A DNA stretch of 32,000 bases from Candidatus Kuenenia stuttgartensis (GTDB lineage Bacteria; Planctomycetota; Brocadiia; Brocadiales; Brocadiaceae): assembly GCF_900232105.1 (NCBI RefSeq), contig NZ_LT934425.1:3120001-3152000 (forward strand), read 5' to 3'. Positions 9,203-17,777 of the stretch are shown one piece after another. Within the stretch, counting starts at the first letter, position 1; every line of letters begins with the position of its first letter. Under the pieces are notes generated by a model. The model did no database searches. It saw nothing but the letters and a program-made list of their open reading frames with translations, and was not told the DNA's origin. The position numbers and the translations under genes are program-made.

Positions 9203-12200
9203 TTATTCATAACCATGCGCTATGGCAAGGGATTTGTCCTTTTTGCATTTTGCTTTAACTCTTTCCGACCAATACTTCATTGCAATATGTGCCCAGTCAT
9301 ATTTACCAGATTCCAAATCTTTCCAGTATTTTGGAGGCTCGCTCCATGGTATCACAGTATGAAGCGGTGCCATGTTTAATATCACTCCATCGTCAAAGTT
9401 TGGATCGTAGCCCATCTTTGCAACCTTCTCCAGTTCCTCTTTGAACTCTGTTATCTCCTGCCTTAATTCATCTAGCTTTTCCAGTTCCTTTTCATAGGTT
9501 AGCTTATCTCTTCCGTCAGTATTTACGACCTTTTGAGATACCTCTAAAATCTGGCTGGAAATAAGGTTTAGCTTTGGCTCAACGTAGTTCCGTAATATTT
9601 TAAAAAGGGTGTCGTTATCCAATTTGTGATAATAGAGCCAAATTCCATAGTTTTTCTTTTTCGTTTGGAGAAGCCAATATATCGGTGCTTTGCGACGACT
9701 CTTTGAGTATCTTTTGATATGAAAGTCAAAGAATCTCTTTGGTTGCCTGAAATAGTCACGAAGGCTTTTTACATCAAGAATCTCCAATATCTCCCGCTCT
9801 CGTTCGTCCGCATGTTCACCATAGATTAAAACCAACACTTCATGCACTTTTTTTACAATATCATTGCTGTGTCCTTCATCATCAACTAAAATGCCGTTCC
9901 AATCAACCTGTATCGGGTAATCTTTGTCAGCAATAGTGGGATTTGGCACGTCCGTTGGAACATCAAGCACATTAACCCGCCTTTTTAGCCATGCTTCACT
10001 GACGATACTCCCCAAAGTCGCAGGATAACCATCTGGAGAGAGGAGCATTCCAGGTGAGCATACAGGCATCGGATCAAATGGGTTTGCGAGTTTTGGAATG
10101 AGTGATTTATCTAAAGCCATCCGCACATCCCAACGACCAAAGACGGCACCAATGCACCACATAAGCAGATTTTGAACACGATCAACAATGCTTTCGGAAA
10201 TGATCTCTTCTTCAGTTTCAGCTTTGTCTGATTCCTTTTCCACTTCATCTTGTACTTGAATAGTTTGTCCTAATTCGTGTTCAATAATTCTGCGATCAGT
10301 AAAATCAATATCATATAAGTCATAGATAATATTATTGACTTTCAACTGTATACAGACAATTTCATTATTTTTTTTGATTTCTTTCTCTTGAATATCTTCA
10401 CTCGTTTCTGATAAAGGGATGTTAATCAATCTAAGTAGAGGTGGAACTAAAAAAACATGAGTTGTTTCATCGCCGTAATAAAGTGATTGTTGACAATTAA
10501 CGATTTTTAACGACAATTCTGTTAATTTATCGACATTGGGTTTCTTAACTGGTATTCTCTGCACTTGACCAACTTCATAACCATGTTGAGCTCTTAGCAT
10601 CATAATAAACTTCTCAGTCAAGGTACTATTAAAAAAACCCAAAGCATTTAATAATCCAAATTCTGAGAAAATCGCTATTCCTTTATGGCTAAAAATACAA
10701 CCTGCGTTCATCTCTCTTGAATTGAAACGTCTATTTACTAATGGATATGTCAATCCAGAACGAAAGTAATAATCTGGATTTCTAATTACTGAACCTGCAA
10801 ACAAATACAGTTCTCTACCTTTATATTTATAATTTACTACCAAATGAATATCTGAATAATATGGAGAATACTCTCCACCCTTAACAAAAGTTGCCCATCT
10901 TTTATTTGCTGTCTGTTCTACGAAAATAGTTTGCTGCTCAGAAATATTTTCGTCTTTCACATTTAACCAATCAGCCCATTTTATTGCGTTAATATCTGTT
11001 GGTTTTACTTCCCAGTTTGCACGAACAAAACGAAAATCATCAGCAGTTGCAAGCCCTTGTTTTACTGTTCCCCCATTTCCTTCAAATGGTGGAAACTCCT
11101 TAAACTTATTCCTGATCCTATCGCAGACCCAATAGGAGAAAGGTGTATTCGGCACAAGGGAAAATGAGTCCAATTGTATATCAAAACGTTTCTCGCTTTG
11201 AGCATTCTGTATAGCTTCCAACAACTTTTCGCCTTTAGCATCAACATCATCCTTTAGTAATCTAAAGAAAATTGCTTTTCTTCCGGTTGCGGGAGTTTTT
11301 TCGATTGTATAAGCGGCTGTTTCAACCATCGCCTCAAGGACACCGAAACCAAAATCTGCAACGGCATGTAAACTTGATTCCTTCATCAGTATCTCTTCTC
11401 TCCACTTTGTAAAGCTAGAAAGGAAAAAGCCTGTCCTGCTTGAGATAATCCCAATAAAGCCTTTATCATGAAGCAATTGAAGGATCCGCTCTACAAATGC
11501 GGCATAAACATCATTTTTGGTTCGGGGGTATGTCTTGTCAATATATCCCCTAGACGGTAAGCTTGCTGCTCCAAACGGTGGATTCATCAAGACAACATCA
11601 AAGCGATTCTGCAACACTTCTACAAACTGAAACCCCCTGATTGATTCCTCTGCAAACAGCCGTCTGCTATAACCGTGATTTTCTGCTTTAACTTTCTCCG
11701 CATAATCTCTCAGGGCAGAAAAAACCTTCTCCTCTGCCTCTTTGAAGAAATCCTCATCTTTTATCTCTGATAAGGAGAGCGATAATTGCCTGGGCTCTGA
11801 TTTTCCAAAAAGGGGCACTTGAACCGGCTTCAGCGGGCCTTCCCATTTTCGCTTTGCCTCTTGTATTGCTGCTCTCAACTCCTGCTCTATTTGTAATAAT
11901 GAGCCTGCCTCACCAGCAAGCTTCATCTTTTCCCATACATTTCTCACCAGATCACCCAAAAGGGCAGGTTTTAGCGTGGAGACAAAATCCTCAAAAAGCT
12001 TCTGGTTACCTGGCATTGGTTCCGCACAAATAAAGTGTGCATTCCTTACTCTTGGTCTGTCTTCCCTGCGTATCTTGACCCACTCCCTCTGCGCCCTGAG
12101 CCAGAGGGCAAGGGCGGCAATCTGAATTGCTCTCAGGTCAATGTCTATGCCATAGAGGTTATTTTCGAGTATCAGGCGAGGGATCTCACGCTCAAATGCA

Positions 12201-13252
12201 TCTTTATCAGGATAATCTTTCTGTAATGCTATTCCCAGGTCTTTATCGTCATAAGCCTCTCTGTATATAATCATCAGCAGGTTAAATACATACAGCAGAA
12301 AATGCCCGCTACCGCATGCCGGATCAAGTATCTTTAGCAATCGCGGGTCTTTTTTCTCACGGAAAGGAACCTGAAAGCTATCTGCTTGTGCAGCCGGTTT
12401 TTCATCCCTCTGAAGGAATACCTCATTCCTGGGCTTGACCATATATTCGCAGTATTCTGAAAGCCTGGTATTCCCCTGCATAATCTCATACCACATCCTG
12501 CCGAGGGTATTATCAGTGAGAAACTGCACAACGTATCTTGGCGTATAGAATTGATTGCGGAATGCCAGTTCCCAGGAATTGCGTGGTGCAGAGCTTTCAG
12601 CCCTTGCCTGCTCCCTGATCTCTTTTGGCGTGAAATATTGATAAATCCACCCGATGGTTTCATCAAAATCCCATATATTGTCAATCTCCGGATTATTTAT
12701 GATTTCTAAAACAGCCTTTAATGCCCGCGGTCTTGGAAATACATAAGATGAAAGGTCTTCCTGGTCAAAGAGGACTTTAATCTCCTCTGCAACTTCTCTG
12801 CATTGGTACAAAATATAATCCTGGTAAGCAATGTCTATGTCATCAAGCTGTGATAAATCAGTCTTTTTTAACACATCCACCACGTAGTGGACGAAACCAT
12901 TGGATTTGCTGCCGCGGGAAACAGTCTCCCGGATGACCTTTCTCCGCTCCATGAGTTTCAAGGCCACAAGACGGTTCAGGTGGGTAAATGTCAAACCAAG
13001 TATCAATCTTTCCACAGCTTCATGTCTCTTGCTTCCGGCCACAGTTTCCCGCTCAATGACGTATGCAAATCCTTCACGGGCTTTTATTACGTTCTGATCA
13101 TCTTTGATTTGTGGCAAGCGGGAGATATCTTCGATAGTTCCATCTTTGTGCAGTCCAAATGCACCTTCAAGTAACTCACCTATCTCCTTTAAAAGCGCTT
13201 TACGCGCATCCTGCACCATCTTTTTTATTTTATTACGGATTTCTTTATCCAC
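9203..13252 (-). CDS. pglX: PglX, BREX adenine-specific DNA methyltransferase
   Basis: 1349 aa; SAM-binding motif KILDPACGSGHFLLYVF, NLYGIDIDLRAIQIA, catalytic motif VVLMNPPFG; located between brxB and the rest of the BREX operon. Confidence 0.95.
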   Translation of the reverse strand: MDKEIRNKIKKMVQDARKALLKEIGELLEGAFGLHKDGTIEDISRLPQIKDDQNVIKAREGFAYVIERETVAGSKRHEAVERLILGLTFTHLNRLVALKLMERRKVIRETVSRGSKSNGFVHYVVDVLKKTDLSQLDDIDIAYQDYILYQCREVAEEIKVLFDQEDLSSYVFPRPRALKAVLEIINNPEIDNIWDFDETIGWIYQYFTPKEIREQARAESSAPRNSWELAFRNQFYTPRYVVQFLTDNTLGRMWYEIMQGNTRLSEYCEYMVKPRNEVFLQRDEKPAAQADSFQVPFREKKDPRLLKILDPACGSGHFLLYVFNLLMIIYREAYDDKDLGIALQKDYPDKDAFEREIPRLILENNLYGIDIDLRAIQIAALALWLRAQREWVKIRREDRPRVRNAHFICAEPMPGNQKLFEDFVSTLKPALLGDLVRNVWEKMKLAGEAGSLLQIEQELRAAIQEAKRKWEGPLKPVQVPLFGKSEPRQLSLSLSEIKDEDFFKEAEEKVFSALRDYAEKVKAENHGYSRRLFAEESIRGFQFVEVLQNRFDVVLMNPPFGAASLPSRGYIDKTYPRTKNDVYAAFVERILQLLHDKGFIGIISSRTGFFLSSFTKWREEILMKESSLHAVADFGFGVLEAMVETAAYTIEKTPATGRKAIFFRLLKDDVDAKGEKLLEAIQNAQSEKRFDIQLDSFSLVPNTPFSYWVCDRIRNKFKEFPPFEGNGGTVKQGLATADDFRFVRANWEVKPTDINAIKWADWLNVKDENISEQQTIFVEQTANKRWATFVKGGEYSPYYSDIHLVVNYKYKGRELYLFAGSVIRNPDYYFRSGLTYPLVNRRFNSREMNAGCIFSHKGIAIFSEFGLLNALGFFNSTLTEKFIMMLRAQHGYEVGQVQRIPVKKPNVDKLTELSLKIVNCQQSLYYGDETTHVFLVPPLLRLINIPLSETSEDIQEKEIKKNNEIVCIQLKVNNIIYDLYDIDFTDRRIIEHELGQTIQVQDEVEKESDKAETEEEIISESIVDRVQNLLMWCIGAVFGRWDVRMALDKSLIPKLANPFDPMPVCSPGMLLSPDGYPATLGSIVSEAWLKRRVNVLDVPTDVPNPTIADKDYPIQVDWNGILVDDEGHSNDIVKKVHEVLVLIYGEHADEREREILEILDVKSLRDYFRQPKRFFDFHIKRYSKSRRKAPIYWLLQTKKKNYGIWLYYHKLDNDTLFKILRNYVEPKLNLISSQILEVSQKVVNTDGRDKLTYEKELEKLDELRQEITEFKEELEKVAKMGYDPNFDDGVILNMAPLHTVIPWSEPPKYWKDLESGKYDWAHIAMKYWSERVKAKCKKDKSLAIAHGYE

Positions 13253-13261
13253 CAGAATACC

Positions 13262-13840
13262 TCAGTAAATTTTTACCCTGTAATTATAGCCGCTAATGCC
13301 CTCTATTTCCTGAATGTCCATGAACCTAAGCTCGTTTTCGCCTTCTCTTGCACCCGGGTAAAATAAAATCATAGGGACCATAGTTCGGCGGTGCATCTCG
13401 TCCAGAAGTTTACTCATACGGTAAATTGCTGGCGCCAGGGCTGCTGCCCGTGTAAGGAACACAATATCGATTTTGGGATTAAGCCCTTCCATAAGTTTTT
13501 GAAGCATATCAGGCAATGGGCTGAGCTTTGAGAGGATATTGTTTACAGTTGACTGTGTCCTTTGGAATCCAAATTTTTTCTCTGTTTGTATAACATAGGA
13601 TAACCCACGTGTTTTCTCAATTCCTTCCCATATGGATTTTGCCAGAGAAATGGTAGTAACCTTCCTTCCTTTATTGTTTAATCTGGTGGCTAAACGGGAG
13701 ACTTCTTCGCGTAGTTTATATTCTTCCTGCGGTGGATAGCAGAAGATGGCAAAGGGCAAATCATGGTATGCGCTGATACGTAAGGGGTCTGATACCAAAT
13801 CCTGTTCCAGATTATCAATACGCTCCCGAAGCGATGTCAT
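13262..13840 (-). CDS. brxB: BrxB (DUF1788 family)
   Basis: 192 aa, MTSLRERIDNLEQDLVSDPLRISAYHDLPFAIFCYPP...FLTRAAALAPAIYRMSKLLDEM...PMILFYPG; overlaps the brxA 3' end by 26 nt. Confidence 0.9.
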   Translation of the reverse strand: MTSLRERIDNLEQDLVSDPLRISAYHDLPFAIFCYPPQEEYKLREEVSRLATRLNNKGRKVTTISLAKSIWEGIEKTRGLSYVIQTEKKFGFQRTQSTVNNILSKLSPLPDMLQKLMEGLNPKIDIVFLTRAAALAPAIYRMSKLLDEMHRRTMVPMILFYPGAREGENELRFMDIQEIEGISGYNYRVKIY

Positions 13841-14603
13841 GAGCTAACTCCTCCGTTGAATGATAGGGAAATTCTATGCGGATGAGCCTTCCAGCGGCAT
13901 GGTATTTCAGGTATCCTGTCTGATGCGATTCAAGAAACATACGTTCCACGGCCTGGGGTTTGAGGAGAAACAACTTCCAATCCTCATTTTGAATAATAAG
14001 CTCTCCGGTAGAAACCCGTGAATGGATAAGAAATGCAACATACGCAAATGCTTCAATGGGCAGGTAGAAGTTGGCTATCTGTTTTTTCGACTTACCTTCC
14101 AATATACCAAAGTCCCTCAGAGTTGACATTACCCCCCGTGATAGCCTTCCCTTTACTGAATCACTCCACATCTGGTCAAACATGCCGGGTTTTGCACTTT
14201 CTATAAATTTGTATACATCTCCTGATGAAATAGCAAGTTGTCCTGCGTAATATCGGTCAAAAAGATCAAGGATCACGAAATCATAAAAGAAATCGTCAAT
14301 TTTTGCTGTGTGATAATACATAATAGAGCGGATAATGGATAAATCAACATTTTTAGCGCATAAAATTTTCAGAGCCTTCCATGCATAGCTTGACTCTTTT
14401 GTAACAAACCGGGCGAGGAAATATCGTTTAACAATCTCATTGGTCCATGAACGGGATCTCTTTCCTAAAACATTTTTGCGCACGATCTGCTCCACCCACG
14501 TATTAATATCTACCGCAGGATCGAATATATCTAATAAAATGCGCGTTTCATCAATGAATGCGCCGCCGTGTGCTAACCATGTCATGTATTTTTTTTCTGC
14601 CAT
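13815..14603 (-). CDS. brxA: BrxA (DUF1819 family)
   Basis: 262 aa, ...VEQIVRKNVLGKRSRSWTNEIVKRYFLARF...; first gene of the operon, immediately upstream of brxB. Confidence 0.88.
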   Translation of the reverse strand: MAEKKYMTWLAHGGAFIDETRILLDIFDPAVDINTWVEQIVRKNVLGKRSRSWTNEIVKRYFLARFVTKESSYAWKALKILCAKNVDLSIIRSIMYYHTAKIDDFFYDFVILDLFDRYYAGQLAISSGDVYKFIESAKPGMFDQMWSDSVKGRLSRGVMSTLRDFGILEGKSKKQIANFYLPIEAFAYVAFLIHSRVSTGELIIQNEDWKLFLLKPQAVERMFLESHQTGYLKYHAAGRLIRIEFPYHSTEELAHDIASGAY

Positions 14604-14809
14604 TCAGAATAACCAACCCTAATGTTTGTATTTTTAAATGAAGGCGGTATGACAACCAAATATTACTTAGTTCCTTAACTAAACCACTCTCTATGCGGGT
14701 GTGAATAGCAAAAGCGGTGCTATTGTATCTACAAAAAAATATTCTTTAGTATATTGCGAGTAGGAATGTTTTAAGGTTCGCACTGGAGCAGAAGAAAACA
14801 AGGACAAAG

Positions 14810-14947
14810 GTAACACTTTAGTTTTTTGAAAAATTCCAATAATCGCAATGTAGGGGCGAAGCATTTGCTGTAAATTGTCATAAATGCGTTCATACCCAAA
14901 ACGGGCAAATGCTTCGCCCCTACTTTTTCAAAAAACTAAAGTGTTAC
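14810..14947. mobile_element. MITE-like element copy A, 138 bp
   Basis: Perfect 24-bp terminal inverted repeats GTAACACTTTAGTTTTTTGAAAAA / TTTTTCAAAAAACTAAAGTGTTAC. Nested 18-bp perfect inverted repeat TAGGGGCGAAGCATTTGC (14851-14868) / GCAAATGCTTCGCCCCTA (14905-14922). Flanking 8-bp direct repeats GGACAAAG (14802-14809, 14948-14955). Confidence 0.9.
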
Positions 14948-15286
14948 GGACAAAGGCGTTTATCAAATTAAGTAGATGATGAACTGTATCAGATACCACT
15001 CATCGGGGTATAATCCCTTCTGCCCAGATAAATCAATCTGATGATAAGTTTTGAGCGATACCATCTCACGATGATTGGAGTTAGCTAGTTCTTCGGCCTC
15101 ATCAGCCTGGAAAGTAAACTTTCAGTCAGAAGTATTGCAACATGAGCGACACACACGTGGAAGTGAGGTGTACCCCATTGTCAAGACAGATTTGATCGAT
15201 GCGCTTCCCTCTTGTTTGTAGCTATAGTAGTAGAAGGCTTTGAAAGGATCCAACAGATCAACTATTCGGGCTTGTATCTTCTGATT

Positions 15287-15574
15287 TCACTCCCCGTAAG
15301 CCGGAAATACTTCGCATGCTTTGTTGAGTTTATCTTTTTCAAAGTATGCTTTGTATGCAACAATCGATCCTTTAGTGTCAAGGTGTTTTTTCAATAGCTT
15401 TAATAATTCCGGACGTGGATCGTCTTTGCCTTCTGCCAAATAACTGATGTGCTCAAGTTTACTCTTTGGTGATGCTTGAATATGAAGCGAGAACTGAAAT
15501 GGAATCTGTTGATACGGCTTTACAGAATCAAACATCAGTATTGCAGTTCCGATAGTCTCAAAATCAAAATCAAG
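15287..15574 (-). pseudogene. Remnant of a DUF2779-like (LDFET) protein, C-terminal part
   Basis: Frame ...FDFETIGTAILMFDSVKPYQQIPFQFSLHIQASPKSKLEHISYLAEGKDDPRPELLKLLKKHL... resembles the DUF2779 LDFET...RPYQQIPFQFSLH signature. Coding context breaks off at the inserted inverted-repeat element; the MEFFKKLKCY start of the supplied ORF is translated element sequence. Confidence 0.6.
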
Positions 15575-15725
15575 GTAACACTTTAGTTTTTTGAAAAATT
15601 CCAATAATAACGATATTTTGCCGAACGATGTAGGGGCGAAGCATTTGCATGCTTGGGCATGAACGCATGTATGCCCGTTATAGCAAATGCTTCGCCCCTA
15701 CGTTTTCAAAAAATTAAATTGTTAC
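15575..15725. mobile_element. MITE-like element copy B, 151 bp
   Basis: Same terminal repeat family (GTAACACTTTAGTTTTTTGAAAAA... / ...TTTTCAAAAAATTAAATTGTTAC) and inner repeat TAGGGGCGAAGCATTTGC/GCAAATGCTTCGCCCCTA. Perfect 8-bp direct repeats AAATCAAG (15567-15574, 15726-15733). Confidence 0.9.
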
Positions 15726-15863
15726 AAATCAAGATTATAATTGTAATCTCTATTTAAGTAAAATTCTCCAAAAAACGCAGCTTTTCTACAGTATAGTAAT
15801 TCCAATGCATACAGGGTTTCTTGAATAATTCAGGAAAGCAACGGCGGCTTTTAGGGCGGTAAC

Positions 15864-15962
15864 TCAAGCCTTCTTTTTAGCCTTTTTATCTGCCCTCTTT
15901 TCTTTGAGGGTTTTGGTAGGTTTTTTCTTTTCTTCTTTACGAGAGTCTTTTCCTTTACTCAT
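15864..15962 (-). CDS. Small lysine-rich protein (32 aa)
   Basis: ATG at 15962, MSKGKDSRKEEKKKPTKTLKEKRADKKAKKKA*, preceded by an AAAAAGGAG ribosome-binding sequence; below the 60-aa cutoff of the track. Confidence 0.45.
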   Translation of the reverse strand: MSKGKDSRKEEKKKPTKTLKEKRADKKAKKKA

Positions 15963-16060
15963 TTTTTTTCTCCTTTTTATAGATGAACTGATATGAAATT
16001 GTTTTCTCCATGTGATGCAATATTAAAACAAAAAACGAAGATGATTGCCATTTTTTTATT

Positions 16061-16214
16061 CTAAACTGGTTGCCATTTCAGTGCTGAGACTATGCCTGTC
16101 GCGAGGGCAATTCCCGTCGAAGGTTCTTCTTTGGGTACCCCCATAAAGGTTGCAAACACGGCCACGTCGTAGTTTTGGCGCCACTCGGTACTGGAAATTG
16201 TTAAAGGTCAATTT
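16061..16214 (-). pseudogene. Unidentified C-terminal coding remnant abutting repeat copy C
   Basis: Open minus frame ...ISSTEWRQNYDVAVFATFMGVPKEEPSTGIALATGIVSALKWQPV*, with coding-like composition, ending at the stop at 16063-16061 and starting at the edge of the repeat element; no start codon. Confidence 0.3.
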
Positions 16215-16365
16215 GTAACACTTTAGCCTTTTGAAAAATTCCAACAATAACGATGTTTGCCGCATAGTGTAGGGGCGAAGCATTTGCCATAAATTGTCAT
16301 AAATGCGTTCATACCCAAACTGGCAAATGCTTCGCCCCTACTTTTTCAAAAAACTAAATTGTTAC
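16215..16365. mobile_element. MITE-like element copy C, 151 bp
   Basis: GTAACACTTTAGCCTTTTGAAAAA... / ...TTTTTCAAAAAACTAAATTGTTAC with the same inner TAGGGGCGAAGCATTTGC hairpin. Flanking 8-mers (GTCAATTT / AAAAAACA) do not match, so no target duplication remains. Confidence 0.82.
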
Positions 16366-16714
16366 AAAAAACATCACTTTTTTTTAAATAGTGTAAAACA
16401 TCTTTGAAAAACGTGGGAAAAAGGCGTCTTTACTTTTCAGGAAAGAAACATATTTTGAATGAAAAACCGTAAATAGCAGAGAAAAAAGCATGCTCACCTA
16501 TCGCTTCAAAAAATATATCTTATTGGTTGATAACTATCATTGTGGTAGTGTAAAATATATATGCTTGCATACGAATTAAAAATTTGTCTTCCTGTTTCAG
16601 CGGAAAGAAATAGGGCTTGATTGCCACCTAATTTATTGCTTGGCCTTTAAAATAATTGTAAGATTATATGTTTTTTGTCGTGATAAAGATTTAAATTCGG
16701 TATATAAAAAAAGG

Positions 16715-16972
16715 GTAACTATTCAGCGTAAACGATACACGGCTCGTTCCCAAACTCCAGTTTGGGAATGCATTTGTTCGAGAAACTCCGGTTTCTCGCC
16801 TGTTTGCTGATAGATAGGGAATAAAATCACAGGGTTAAGACAGTTTGTAATTCGTCAAGTCTGACACGCACTGGAAACAAAGTTTCCAGTGCAATTGTGT
16901 TCCCAAACTGTGGTTTGGTAACGAGTTGCGCTCTGATCTCCGGTAGTTTAATAAATTACGCTGAATAGTTAC
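16715..16972. mobile_element. Second MITE-like family, 258 bp, upstream of rubredoxin
   Basis: Perfect 17-bp terminal inverted repeats GTAACTATTCAGCGTAA / TTACGCTGAATAGTTAC and perfect 8-bp direct repeats AAAAAAGG (16707-16714, 16973-16980). Internal hairpins TTCCCAAACTccAGTTTGGGAA, CGAGAAACtccgGTTTCTCG and GCACTGGAAACaaaGTTTCCAGTGC. Confidence 0.88.
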
Positions 16973-16990
16973 AAAAAAGGAGGATTTATA

Positions 16991-17152
16991 ATGGAAAAAT
17001 GGGAATGTAGTGTTTGCGGCTACGTATATGATCCGGAAAAAGGTGACCCGGATAACGGGGTTGCACCTGGGACTTCTTTTGAATCGATACAAGATGATTG
17101 GGTCTGCCCTTCATGTGGTGCGAACAAGGATTTATTTGACAAACTCGACTAA
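16991..17152 (+). CDS. Rubredoxin
   Basis: 53 aa [53 protein letters not shown] with the two CxxC(G/x) iron-binding knuckles; RBS AAGGAGG. Not in the supplied track because it is short. Confidence 0.95.
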   Translation: MEKWECSVCGYVYDPEKGDPDNGVAPGTSFESIQDDWVCPSCGANKDLFDKLD

Positions 17153-17177
17153 TGGTAATTTTTTTCATCTTATTCTT

Positions 17178-17777
17178 ATGCTAAAATTTCTTCTCAAAAA
17201 AAACATTCGGGTTTACGCTGCTGTTATTAGTATGCTGATGACACTTTCGTTCTGTAAATACGCTGCAACTGGTACAGAAAAGAGAGATGAAACAAGCCGA
17301 CCCTCTGTAACATATTCAAACCCCTATTTTAAAGGAACCATGGAAGAGAGGTTTTCTCAAGTGGAAAAGATATCCAAACTTTTTGGAGTAGAATGCGATC
17401 ATTGTCATAATGAAGAGTTAACTGTTTTTACGGAAAATGGTGAAATTTCAAAAAAAATGATGGCTGCCTCTGTTGCCCTTGGAGTAGATTGCGATTATTG
17501 TCATATAGACGGTAAGCGCTATACCGAAAAAGAAAACCAGGCAAGGAATATGTTTGAGCTTTCCGAAACGATGGCGGTTGAATGCAATTTTTGTCATATG
17601 GGGAAAGAGAAACTGACGTCACGAGGGTTGCAGGCAAAAACTGCTTTTCTAACACGTGATTGGGCGACAAAAGGTTCAAAGCAATGCCTGGAATGTCATA
17701 TTGAGAAAAAACAATTTGCGCTGAATTTTTATGGCTGGCAGGTTTTAAATGCCATGAAAGGATTAAAGGGGATGTGA
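17178..17777 (+). CDS. Tetraheme c-type cytochrome with N-terminal signal/anchor
   Basis: MLKFLLKKNIRVYAAVISMLMTLSFC... start at 17178 is more likely than the track start at 17010, which overlaps rubredoxin. Four CxxCH motifs: CDHCH, CDYCH, CNFCH, CLECH. Confidence 0.88.
   Translation: MLKFLLKKNIRVYAAVISMLMTLSFCKYAATGTEKRDETSRPSVTYSNPYFKGTMEERFSQVEKISKLFGVECDHCHNEELTVFTENGEISKKMMAASVALGVDCDYCHIDGKRYTEKENQARNMFELSETMAVECNFCHMGKEKLTSRGLQAKTAFLTRDWATKGSKQCLECHIEKKQFALNFYGWQVLNAMKGLKGM

Noticed and set aside
12334-13174. ORFs at 12334-12684 and 12887-13174
   Set aside because: They overlap pglX in other frames; pglX motifs and its uninterrupted 1349-codon frame are far more convincing.
9203-13252. 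Possible frameshift or phase-variable tract in pglX
   Set aside because: The frame is continuous for 1349 codons and I noticed no long homopolymer or simple repeat of the type used for phase variation.
16056-16283. 75-aa minus ORF starting inside repeat copy C
   Set aside because: Starts in element sequence (EFFKRLKCYK is translated terminal repeat) and mixes element with flank; the alternative minus frame ending at 16061 looks more protein-like.
14810-16365. Possible CRISPR array from repeated GTAACACTTTAG / TAGGGGCGAAGCATTTGC units
   Set aside because: Repeats are inverted ends of discrete 138-151-bp elements with target duplications, not regularly spaced direct repeats with unique spacers. 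No cas genes seen.
17010-17177. N-terminal 56-aa extension of the cytochrome ORF as given in the track
   Set aside because: Overlaps the rubredoxin gene in another frame; the signal-like start at 17178 is better.
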